Shown here piece after piece: positions 1 through 10,914 of a stretch of DNA of 64,000 nt. Numbering within the stretch: the stretch's first letter is position 1; every line of letters starts with the position of its first letter. The stretch comes from Nageia nagi. Taxonomy: Eukaryota; Plantae; Pinophyta. Under the pieces are notes generated by a model. The model had not been told where the DNA came from. It searched no databases and saw only the letters and a list, made by a program, of their open reading frames with translations. The stretch lies in contig JBITNC010000002.1 of the NCBI GenBank assembly GCA_050084985.1, forward strand, positions 15,314,001 to 15,378,000, given 5' to 3'. A program made the translations under genes and the position numbers.

Positions 1-1420
1 GCCAATTCTTTATTTGCTCATCTACTATGGCAAGTGTGGTAAGTACCGCATCCTTAAGCAAAGGACCACTGAAATCCTTTGTGGTAGGGGCCTTCATCCC
101 TCTTCCAACATTGATGAATGCATTCACCATGGTTGCCCAATAAGGACTATTTGCAACATTAAAAGGAATGTTGCAATAGTACCAAAAATTTGCAGCTGCT
201 CTTCGGGCTGCTTGGATTTTATTTTTTCCCCTTGATGTAGTGTCAAGGGAAGGTTGTGCCTCTGTAGGAGGAACAAAAAAACCTTCCATGGTTTTATGCC
301 TCACTAAAGCTGGAAGTGTTGAATTTTTATTTGGCTTTGAACATGGATTTTAGGCAAATAAAGAATTTGACACTGAATCTTCAAAGCTCACTTTCCCCCA
401 ATCCCTGCACCAACTGCCATCTTGGTATTTTGCTTTTCTACCTTCTTTTGTGAGGATGTGGCAAGTAAAGTTTGCATTTCACGTACAACCTTGGAAGGTG
501 TAGCAAAACAAAGTGCTACATATTTACCTGGTATTCTTGCAAGATGGTATTTTAATCTATTGATACCACCCCTATAAGGTCTTTTTGCAAAAATTGCAAA
601 TCACTTGACCTAAAAGATCACCCTTTGTGCCATACTTCCAAGTAATATCTGTCATAGGTGCTAGAGGAGGAGATGGATTGGAATTGACATCATCTTCAGT
701 TTCCATCTGGAAAGTGAAAAAAAGTAAAATTCCTATTAAAAAACCCTAAAAAACCCTAACCCTAATTTACAAAAAAAATCACAAAATATTCCAAAAATAA
801 CAATACCCTTTTGAAGTATAGGCATTAACACTAACATACAAAGGAAAACAAAAAAATTCCATGGTGAAATTTAAAAAAAAAAAAGCCAAAAACCCTACCT
901 CTTCAAATGCACGATGAGAATTAAAAAACACACAACCGGATCACAAGCTCTTGAGAAATTTGCGGTGAAATGCTAAAAATCCACAATGAAGCTTTTCATA
1001 TTGATGTTGAACCTTTGAATCTTCAAAAACTGACCTGGAGAGCAAATGAGAGCAAAATGACCAAACTGGGCAGGAAATAGGGTGACTGTCCAAAAAACTT
1101 AACTTTTCTGGCTCTGTTTTCCCGGTTGCCAGTTAACCGTCAATTACTCACCAGTTTCCGGTCCAATTACTCATCGGTTAACCGGAAAAACCTGGCATCG
1201 ACAAGTTTAGGCCACTACGGACTCGGCAAAGGGAAGACTTGCGGGAACCCGCGGTTTTCCACATGTTACCCGTGGTTTGTAACAAACCTACATGATGTGC
1301 CGCCAGCCAAAACCTGCTTTGGAGAAGCTGCCTAAAGCCCAACACAGACCTGCCAAAAGCGCTAGCCACCATACCATTTGTTGAGTGCCAAGTGGCACAG
1401 TTTGGTTGGAGACGCCCTTA
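1..1420 (-). mobile_element. hAT (BED finger + DUF659-type) transposon remnant, 5' part
   Basis: From ATG at 706 the minus strand reads ..DITWKYG..VICNFCKKTL..GINRLKYHLA (BED zinc finger), then FWYYCNIPFNVANSPYWATMVNAFINVGRGMKAPT..GPLLK (DUF659-type). GC-rich CCGGT/AACCGG subterminal motifs lie at ~1120-1275. The right boundary is approximate. Confidence 0.75.
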
Positions 1421-3134
1421 TTGAGGGTTATTTTGGGCTTGTAAAGGGTATTTTGGGCTTGTTATGGTTGTTTGTTATTTTTAAAATTTGGGATTGATTT
1501 TAAAATAGTTTTTTAGAAGTTGTTAGACTATTTTTTAGAGAGGGTGTTGTTATTATTTCCCCAAATAAAAGGAGGGGAGATAATATTCGCATGTGTTAGC
1601 TATTTTGATATTTGCAAAGTTGGCAAATATTATTCTTGGTAATGTTGTTAAGTATCGAGTTTTTTAAGAGATGGGTAATATTTCAAAGGTGTTGAAATAT
1701 TCCCTAAATCCTAGTTGTTAGGTGGTTATAGTTATTTTGGAGGAAGGCCAAGTGGAGATGAGATTGGTTGATGGCCACAACCTAAATTAACTCTACTTGG
1801 TGTGATGCCAATTAATTGGTTGTAACTACATTTTTGTTTCCTAGCTTCCTAAAATTTATAAAAGAAAGACTAGTGAGTATTGTTTTTTTAAAGTCAAACT
1901 TTTGCTAGTCCACGGCAGAAAAAGAGTGTGAAGAGACCATGAAAAAAAAAATAAGTGTTGAAAACAGTGAGACAGTTCAAGGAAGCAAATGTACAACAAC
2001 TCCACAAAATAAAGAGAGCTTATTGGGTAAAATCTTTTGTGGTGTTTTATTTTCCTTGTTCAATTATTTTGCTTCTACACTTGGAAATTTATTTCTTTCT
2101 ACATGAGATAAGAAGGCAAAATTTAAACAATCCATATGTGGTGAAATATCTTTACGGATCACTCAAACCCATCAGGCGAACCTTCAACAGGCCCAATAGA
2201 TACTCTAGTAGATGTCATCACTGTTCTAAGAGCCTGTGGAGGCCTGAGTAGAGATGTGGGCCAATCCTCTTGGGTGGCTATGAATCCAGCTGCGCAGGCC
2301 CCTACTTCAGAGAAAATATAGTTGTTTTACTATGTTCATTGGTGATATTTAGAGTAATCTGGTTTTCGTTGATTCTGGTGGTCTTTAGTTCTGTTCTGGT
2401 GGTTTTAATTTGCTTAAGAGATTTTGGAGCTTGAAGCATTTTGTGTGATGTAGTAATCCTACGTATGGATAGTTGTCTCTAGCTGGTCGTGGTTTCAGAT
2501 ACTGATGAAGATGGGGCCTCCTGTCTTGCTTAGAATGCTTTTCTGAGCTATTGGTAGGTTTCTACTGTTGCTGGTTTGCCTTGTCTGCTTTCAGTTTGTA
2601 TGGTAATAAATTAGCGATCTATTCGATGTACTTTCTCTTTTTTCATGCGAGTGGATCCCTATAGACTCCCATCTACCAAAACAAAAAGACTCAAGAGTCA
2701 ATATAGACAAGAAAATATTCAATTGCACGATGAATGACACTGTATGGTTCTTTCAAAGTTAGACAACACAAGATCTTACCACCTTGGCTAGTCCACCGAC
2801 CTTCGAAATCACAATATGGTGTATACAATTGTCAGCATATTGCTCTACGCAGGATAACATCTGTAAGCATTACTTGCACATGTATCGACTTGGAGTTTAG
2901 CTCTACCATTCAAGAGTCCTTTGGCAGTTGCTATTAAGAAAATTTCCTCAGATATTTAACTTCTCAGGAATTTTCAGCTGAAATAGAAAAGAGATATCTT
3001 ACTATACTTAGTCATTAAAGTTTGTTTAGTTTTATCATCTTTGGGCATATTTCTCTTATACACTAACATACACTTTGTAATCATATGGATAGAAGGGAAG
3101 AGTTGGAGTTTTGCGACTGAAGGAGTAAACATAC

Positions 3135-3301
3135 ACAGTAGCAAGATCAACATGGAAACGAAGCCCACTTTCAACAACAGATGTCACAAGAGAATTGTTT
3201 CCAGCCAAAATTTCAAGTTGCATTGTTCTATAGTTGTTCTGTATAACTTCAAGCTTGTTGACAACTGTTTGAATTTTTGGCCTATTTTTGTCAAAAATTA
3301 C
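3135..3301 (-). CDS. TRM5: TRM5 exon 4 (gene continues left of the window)
   Basis: tgcag|GTA...GT|gtatgt; 167 nt; VIFDKNRPKIQTVVNKLEVIQNNYRTMQLEILAG...FHVDLATV (Met_10 domain). The expected next exon (YWNS.L..ER.RL) was not found in 1-3134. Confidence 0.92.
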
Positions 3302-3409
3302 CTGCAAAACAACAACCACGGAAATATGTATTGATTTATTAACACTTGAATGGAACTCAAATCACACAATGAGAGCATATAACTTTATAAGGACTTATCA
3401 ATCACGGAC

Positions 3410-3529
3410 CTGTGCAATCAGACGGCGATAAGGGAGGTGCTCAGTTCTCAGGTTCAAGTGTGCTACATGGCCCACAGTTTCAAAAGCAGTTGGTATAATG
3501 ATTCCCTTAGGAAGCAACTCATGCAAGAC
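3410..3529 (-). CDS. TRM5: TRM5 exon 3
   Basis: tttgtctag|GTC...CAG|gtcc; 120 nt; VLHELLPKGIIIPTAFETVGHVAHLNLRTEHLPYRRLIAQ (Trm5 FETVGHxAHLNL motif). Confidence 0.92.
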
Positions 3530-3855
3530 CTAGACAAAATGATATCATTAATTGTTAGACTATTTGGATACAATCCTCCAATGAGTTACATTGCCTTGGG
3601 TAACATTTTGTTCCTAAAAGCCAAAATTAAAAAGGCAGGATACAGTTAAGATCCCAGGCTAGTTTTTTTCTCTAGGATAGAAACTGCTTTCATGGAAAAA
3701 TAACTCTTAACAGTTATATTGTGATTGTATCAGTTGTATCCCATGATGTATGGTTCAAATTCAACAAGGATAATGTGTCTTGAAAATTTATAGTGATCAA
3801 AACTGGCTATAAATTAAGAATGAAGTTATATTTCAGATTTTTTGAATATATATAT

Positions 3856-4884
3856 CAAGGTTCCACAAGGCCCCGGGAATGGAGAACAGCGGAGGTCATT
3901 ATTAGAGAACACCTTAAAAACAGCAAGGGAACAGCTAGTATAGTACTAGTAAAATCCAAGAATTTTTAGATTTATGAAATTTCATTGTTTCTAATTCATT
4001 ATTATTATCAATTCAATCATGAATACAAAACTTGGAACTTAAATTAGAAATCAAGTATGAATCATAATATTAAAATGAGCTATAATCAATGATCATAAAA
4101 CTGTCGACATAATCCTCACATAATGTCATTAATTCTGAATCGGTCTAGTAAATAATGATAGATGTGAAATCTCAAATCAGAAATACCGAGTTTAGAAATC
4201 ATAGTAGTAAAACTGTAAAATTAAATAGTACTAAGTAAATACATAAACTAGACTCTGGTATGAATATGTCCAATCAAAATGCCAAAAGTGAATGTAAAAT
4301 GATGAAGTGTGTTTGTCTTTGCATGCATATATAGTGTCACGTTTATTAGGAGGTGAAGTCAATATCCAAATCTTTGATATTCTTCTGCATAGTGGTGCGC
4401 CCCTTGACGAACCTCTTTCACACACCCGTTTAGTTGATATGCAAGTGGGGGGTGTTGCAGGGGGGGCCATCCTTGGCTCCCCTACGAGGGTCCAGAGGCG
4501 GTAGCCCTTGTTCAATATCTTTTCTCTCCTTACAACTATTTTCCAAATTTTTGTTATGAGTTCTAACAACTTTTAGAGTTTGAGGGGTGGAGACATTGGT
4601 GGATCTAATTTTGCACTTCATTTTCTAATTTTGAAGTAACTTTTTGTTTTTTTCAAGTTGATTTGTTGCCCAAAGCATGGGCAACACTTGGATGTTCCTA
4701 GAACAGCCAATTATTCCCTAGCTGCTCCTGGGAATGACCAGAACGTTCCTAAAGCATTCTTGAAAGGGTGGCCATTCAAGAATGGCTCCCCACCGTTAGA
4801 GAACGTTCCCGAGGATGTTTCCAAAATGAAGGAACACCAAGAACACCTCTCCCAAATGGGGGAACCCATTCCTATGGACCCTTA
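3856..4884. mobile_element. Non-autonomous hAT-like element in TRM5 intron 2
   Basis: Imperfect TIRs (CAAGGTTCCACA.. / ..TATGGACCCTTA), flanked on both sides by ATATATAT (8 bp, within TA runs). Subterminal GAACGTTCC repeats. Confidence 0.6.
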
Positions 4885-4974
4885 ATATATATATAAACTT
4901 TCAATTTCAATTAAAAATTCAAACATCTATACTTTAATTTATTTATTTTAAATAAAATATTATAATTTGGTCAA

Positions 4975-5720
4975 CTTTTTTTGATGAAAAGACAACTTTA
5001 ATTATTATTAATTAAAAAAAGCTTCTACAACAAAGAAAGGGGGTAGGTGGACTAAATCACACCTCAATTGGTTTCATACTAACCCTAATCATGGGTTAGG
5101 AATCCAAAAATCATAATAGTTACATGTATCAAAATATTAAAAAAGGGCTCAAGCTGCGTATCGAGACCACACAAATGCATTTAAAGAGGGTTATGGGGGG
5201 AGCTATTGTCACAATCTACCATGCACTCCCTATTGTTGTCTGGAATAACGGGGAGGTCCCACCCATCATTGGCATAGGGAATGTCAAGATCTTCCGCTTG
5301 ATTCTTGCCCCAGCCGATACGCAGTGCAGTAGAGGGTGGTCATGACCATCCATTATGAGCATGCTCAACATTAATGCCTTGAGCATTCCAACCAAGTACT
5401 CCTCCAGATGGCGTCAACAACATGTTTCCCCTGCCCCTTTAGCGGGAAGTACAAACATCAGCATCATCTAACCTTTTCGAGATTGGCAACAGTCGAGACC
5501 CGTGGCGAATATCTGGTTGTGAACAAATAAGAGACAACGTCTATGGGGGGCATGGACACCATCCTCGATGGTCATGTGTTGTTATTAACCATCTTTGGGA
5601 AAATTAGAATGGAGAAACACAAAAAATGACTGGTGCCTTCAACAAGACATGCACATATGGAGGTTGCCTTTAATATTTGAAGACATCTCATTTTATGTCC
5701 TAGTCACCACCAAAATATTT
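4975..5720 (-). mobile_element. Possible LINE 3' end
   Basis: A T-run at 4975-4982 followed by GATGAAAA resembles a minus-strand L1 tail. No protein motif recognised. Confidence 0.3.
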
Positions 5721-6531
5721 GGTTCATCTATGCAATTGTATATTTTTTGTTTGGTTGATACTAGAAAGCTTATTGGTGGCCCTATATTTCATAGGAATTT
5801 CCTTGGGCTTCTGGAAAGTCAATCTTAATAGTTGGGGGACCTTAGTAAACCCTATCACCAAATACAAAAAAATTGCATTATAAAATTCTAAATTATATAA
5901 ATTTACTATTTTGTTAGTTACACCAAGAGGCGTCTCTACAATGGCAGTATGGGGAGGACAAGAACCCAAACATTTGTCCCTCAACATTTAAAAATAAAAT
6001 AAAATTAAAATAGCTAACTAAATATAAATCTAATATTATAACATTTAATTATAGCCAACTAAAGTATGTAAAATTATAATTGTTAACTATTAACAATATA
6101 AATATAAATAAATTGAAAGAAAATATATGAAGTCACAACTTTTCAAATTCGTTATTTCAAACAATATTTAAACTGAAAATCCATAGAGAAAGAGAATACA
6201 TTCAAAATTCTACAAAAAACCTTCAAAGTAGAAACAAGAGAATCAAATTGGAGAATCAAGTTTGGTCTTGAGTTTTGTAAGTTTTCACCAAAATCTATTA
6301 CATGTTTTGTAATATATTGAATTATTTGTTGTATATATTAAATTCGCAAAAACTATCTTCACAATATGGTGGTTGTAATATTCTATAAATATATTTTATT
6401 GTTTTGTGCATATAAAAGTGTAATTTATTTCTATCTGTAATAAATTTGTGTATGTAAATATATAATTTACGTTGTTTTAGATATAATTTTTATTATTCTA
6501 GATATACTTGGTCATAAAATTAGTCAAATAT

Positions 6532-7775
6532 TGTGATGTTCCCCTTTGATTATTGTAATTAATTATAGAATCCTACGGATTCCTCTTTGTACATATTTAT
6601 TTATTTAATGTTGCTTTACTAGTTAGTACTTGGGATAGAAGATATAAAGGTCCCTTGGACCCCACTATGAGCCCCAAGTGGGACATCTCCCTCCTAAGTG
6701 TAGATTAGTGTGATTTAATGTACTTGGAGATCTCGAAAACTGATTGTCGAAATCCCAAGGCTTATTTAGCACTTAAACACTACTAGAGCATGGATAATCA
6801 CCTAATGGCCCCAACGTTGAGATTGGGAGAACTTGTACACATGCGCCAAGCTTGGGGAGACTCTTAGACCCCCATGTTGGCCTATGACACCCACACATGC
6901 CCTCTAAGACCCATGTGGAGCATAAGGGAGGCCCAAATACCCATGTTGGGCTTGGAATGACCCCTAGGCACCATCATTGGGATTTGTGGGGCTTCTAGGA
7001 AGCCAACGTTGGACCAGCAAGGTTGGGTGATGACTTTGAGGTGAGATCTAGATCCAATGTGAGCTATATTAGACCTTGGAGCATCATTGTTGGATATACT
7101 GAATTATTATTATTGCTCATACTGTCCTACGGACACAAGTCTTCGCGCAACATAAAGCACATCCCTAGATGTACCATCTAGGAGGCTTAACAGGCTAAAA
7201 GATTTTGTTGATCTACAGCTAAGGTGCAACATCTTAGTCCATCTTGTGGTCTTCCAAGGTCGCAATCCTACTTTCATTGGTTTCCAGGCGTGGAAGTTCT
7301 GAAGCAAAGCATCCAAGCTTAGGGAGTGAGGCTGTCCCATCCATTGTTCTGCCATTCCAGCATTGATCACATTTGTTTCAACGTTGTGCCCTAGTCGGCT
7401 CCTTGGAGGCCAACATTGAGCCCTTTGGGCCTAGTATTGTATCATTGTCACTTCATATCATTAATGCAGTTGTTGGGCAATTGGATCGCTATTTTGTATT
7501 GTGTTCACTTCCACATTTGCATCGTTGGGTTACTTTTGAAATTGCATACTTTTATAAGCCAGACGTTGGCATTGTAAAGTGGTTTATACTTGTAATTGCT
7601 CTTCTAGGCCAGATGTTGGCATTGTAAAGTGGTTTATGCCAGTAATTGCTCTTCTAGGCCAGATGTTGGCATTGTTGCATTGTTTGAGCTATAATTGGAT
7701 GCCCTAGGTCAGACGTGGGTGTTTATATGATTGAATTTGCTTAATTGCACTTGCATTTGTGATTGGGATCTTACA
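6532..7775. mobile_element. Solo LTR, family A, copy 1
   Basis: TG...CA termini with 5-bp TSD AATAT (6527-6531 / 7776-7780). Colinear similarity to 17007-18008. Internal ~55-bp tandem triplication at ~7555-7680. Confidence 0.8.
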
Positions 7776-7942
7776 AATATATAATTTATGGTGTTTTAGA
7801 TATTATGTTTTAATTTCTATTGTTCTAGATATTATGCTTTAATTTATGTAGTTTATATATTATGTAATATATTATACATATTTACAAAATACATTATACA
7901 TACACAAATATATTATGTAATATTTTTTATTGTTTGAAATAT

Positions 7943-8092
7943 ACTAACTTAGATATCTTAAGACATATATCTATAAACACCGAGAGGTATTAATGTCGAG
8001 ACACCTATCTCTTTTCTTGGAACTGTGATTTCCAAGATAGGTGCCTTGAGATTGATACCTCTCAACGTTTTTACTAAGATATCTAAGTTAGT
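7943..8092. repeat. 150-bp foldback / MITE-like palindrome
   Basis: Perfect 18-bp terminal inverted repeat ACTAACTTAGATATCTTA. Inner arms are GAGAGGTATTAATGTCGAGACACCTATCT and AGATAGGTGCCTTGAGATTGATACCTCTC. Confidence 0.8.
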
Positions 8093-8317
8093 TCTAAAGT
8101 TCAATTGCTAAATGGATACAATGGACAGTGATGTCCTTTTGAATCTCATCAAGTAACTTTGCCATCTTATTCCAAAATGGGAGTTGAGGGACTCTAAGGA
8201 AATAAGGAGGATGTCTATCAATCTCAATCTAAATGTTGACTAGAAGTGAGGATACTTAGGAATGCCAACACCTCTGTCTCCCCCTACGACTCAATGAGAG
8301 AGCCATTGAAAATGTTA

Positions 8318-8820
8318 ACATCCCCTCTTTTGATATAATCAGATTTCTTCAAAAATACACACAAAACCACTTAAACATGATAATATTAATGATAATATAA
8401 TAGAATCACCTTTCCCACTTTGAGGGGGCAACATCCTATAGAACAAGTTCTCTCTTCAAAACCTTATTTCATTTGTTGTATGCTTTACAATGAAAAAGGA
8501 TCTCTTATAAATAACCCTCATGCACCTTTCATCTCCCATACCTACTACATGTGGGATAAATACTAATATAAACACTAATAACATGTTGTGGGATCATAAC
8601 ATTATCATCCCCTTAAACAAGTTTTGTCCTCAAAGCTTGTACACATTACACATCACAATATAATAGCCTGCTAATCTACTAGGGAAGGTCATCACTAAAG
8701 TTATGACCCCATAACAGGTTATTAGTGTTTATATTAGTATTTATCTCAAATGTAATAGGTATGGAAGATGAAAGATCTTAGAAGGCTATTTATAAGAGAG
8801 TTTTTCCATTATAAAGCATC
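8318..8820. mobile_element. Gypsy-type LTR fragments in inverted orientation
   Basis: Minus strand reads TTGAGGACAAAACTTGTTTAAGGGGATGATAA-TGTT (Gypsy 3' end/PPT) into an LTR at ~8601. 8700-8820 is an inverted copy of ~8478-8600. Confidence 0.55.
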
Positions 8821-8986
8821 CAAATTTCAAAGCATTTTGAAGTAGCTGAACAAAGTTATTAGCAAATTAGGGTTTCCATTAATTTCACTTTTAAGGGTAC
8901 AAAACAATGAATATTTCAAAGATTTGTGGAGAGAACTAGAAGCTTGAAAAATACATTTCAAAAGTTCTATCAAAATTTCAGATCTA

Positions 8987-10906
8987 TTGCATTTCTTTTG
9001 TCAAAGGTATAGCATTTTTATTGAGTCACTAAAAAAAATGGATACCCTTGTTCCACCTCATCAAACGCATTCCTTGCAACAATATAGGAATGAATTTGTA
9101 GATTTTTGTGCTTTGCATGGATGGGATGAGGACTTTTACTTTGACAGTTTTATTGATGGATTGCATGAAGAAATCAAGAAAAATGTATTGATGTGGAGTC
9201 CACAAACTATGAAACAAGCATATGGATTACCTTTGCTTAGAAAAGATAGTCTTTGACTTGTAAATCCTCATGAAGCAAACCCATTGATGATGAGGTTTTT
9301 ATTTAGGATTTAGTGGACCCATTATCTGCAAGTTTATTGGAGTATGTTGCAAAGTGTGAGGCCATTCCTCTCGTTTATATTAGTATGGATGATGGTATGG
9401 AAGCTAAGGAAATTGCAAAGAATGATAAAAAATGTGTGTTTGAAAATTCAATTTTGCAAGTTAATGGTTGCATTCAAGGGAAAAATGTTATTGTTTCCGT
9501 CAATCCTAGTAGCAAATATAATTTTATCAATGCATCTTTGACTAAGGGGTTGAAGGTTCAAGTAAAGAAAATCAAGGATATAGAACTTAAAGGAGATTAT
9601 GTTCATATTTTTGAAGACTTGAAGCTTATCATGGATCGATATATTTTGTATTCTAATTTTTATACAATGGAAATGCATGGAGTTGATATTGTTCTTGGTT
9701 ATCCTTGGTTGAGATCTTTAGGCATTATTAATATTGATATTAAAAAAGAAGTTCATGAAGCTTTGGTACAGGAAAAAGAAGATAACAATACATGATATTT
9801 GTCTTGTCAAAAGAAAAGATCTCAAGAAGAACCAGAAGATATGGCAATGGAACAAGTTGAAGAAAAGGAAAAAAATCTAAAATAGAATCAAAGAATAAAG
9901 AAACGGAAGAACAAGAAGATATGGCAGCAGAACAGGTTAAAGAACAGGAATCTGAAATAGAGTCAAAGAATAAAGCAAAGGATGAACAAGAAGATATGGC
10001 AGTGGAACAAGTTAAAGAATAGGAAAAAGAATCTAAAATAGAGTTAAAGAATAGAGCAAAGGAAGAACAAGAAGATATTGTACAGAAATAGGAGGAACAT
10101 GTTATGGAACAAGAAAAGAAACCAGAAACACAATCAAAGAAGGAAGCAAAAAAAGAATCAAATGATGAAATCATGATAGAACAAACACCAAGTCAACAAA
10201 AGGAGAAACCAAAAGCTAAAATTGGAGTTTATCGTCACTCACACCATCATAAGAGGCCACAATCATCAAGAACGGATATAAAGCAACAAGGAAACTATGG
10301 TGGATCTAAATGGACACAAAGAAGCAAAATAGATGGGCATCATCCACTACCACCAATCAGGATTTCACTTGGATGGATAGATTATGAAGAGTGGCACCAA
10401 TTTTCAACAACACTTAGAAGATCATATTATCTAGTCTCTTCTCATGTTTCAAGGACGAAACATGTTTTAAGAGGGATGAAATGTTAGGTATCCGAATATA
10501 GATATTATAAGTGTTAAATTATATGGCCCATATTGGAATATGGGATAATCCCCTTTCCATTGACCATATAATATACTATGCAATCATTTATATTGTCTAT
10601 GTTGTGTCGGCCATCTTGAGATAGTGTCACTCAAATGGCTATAAATAGATGTAGCCTTATGACAATTAGAGGCAAGGAGATCATTAGTAATATTTGGACT
10701 CATGGAGTGGCTTCCTTCCAAAAGGTGTAACTTATGGTGATGCCCTACCTTAAGGGTTCAACTTTTGTTCTTTGATATGCTTGGTTTGGGTATTGTGAGT
10801 TATTCTTCAATTCATGTTATACAATGATATTATTCTTCTATTTCTCATGAATTATGTTATTTAGAGATAACTGGTATTATGTTATTGTATTCTTGGAATC
10901 TTAACA
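8987..10906 (+). mobile_element. Degenerate non-autonomous Gypsy: gag, protease, K/E-rich repeat, PPT, LTR; no RT/IN
   Basis: Gag-like FIDGLHEEIKKNVLMWSPQTMKQAY; RVP_2-like protease (..SKYNFIN.., VDIVLGYPWLRSLG). Gypsy end TCAAGGACGAAACATGTTTTAAGAGGGATGAAA is followed by a TGTT..AACA LTR (10482-10906) with TATAAATA. Confidence 0.7.
9820..10130 (+). repeat. Purine-rich ~75-81 bp tandem repeat (about 4 copies)
   Basis: Repeated GAACAAGAAGATATGGCA..GAACAAGTTAAAGAA..AATCTAAAATAGAGTCAAAGAATAAAGCAAAGGA. Confidence 0.8.
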
Positions 10907-10914
10907 AGTGGTAT

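Noticed and set aside
2900-2935. TRM5 exon 5
   Set aside because: Only a faint resemblance to QRLLNG, with no YWNS motif or consistent frame.
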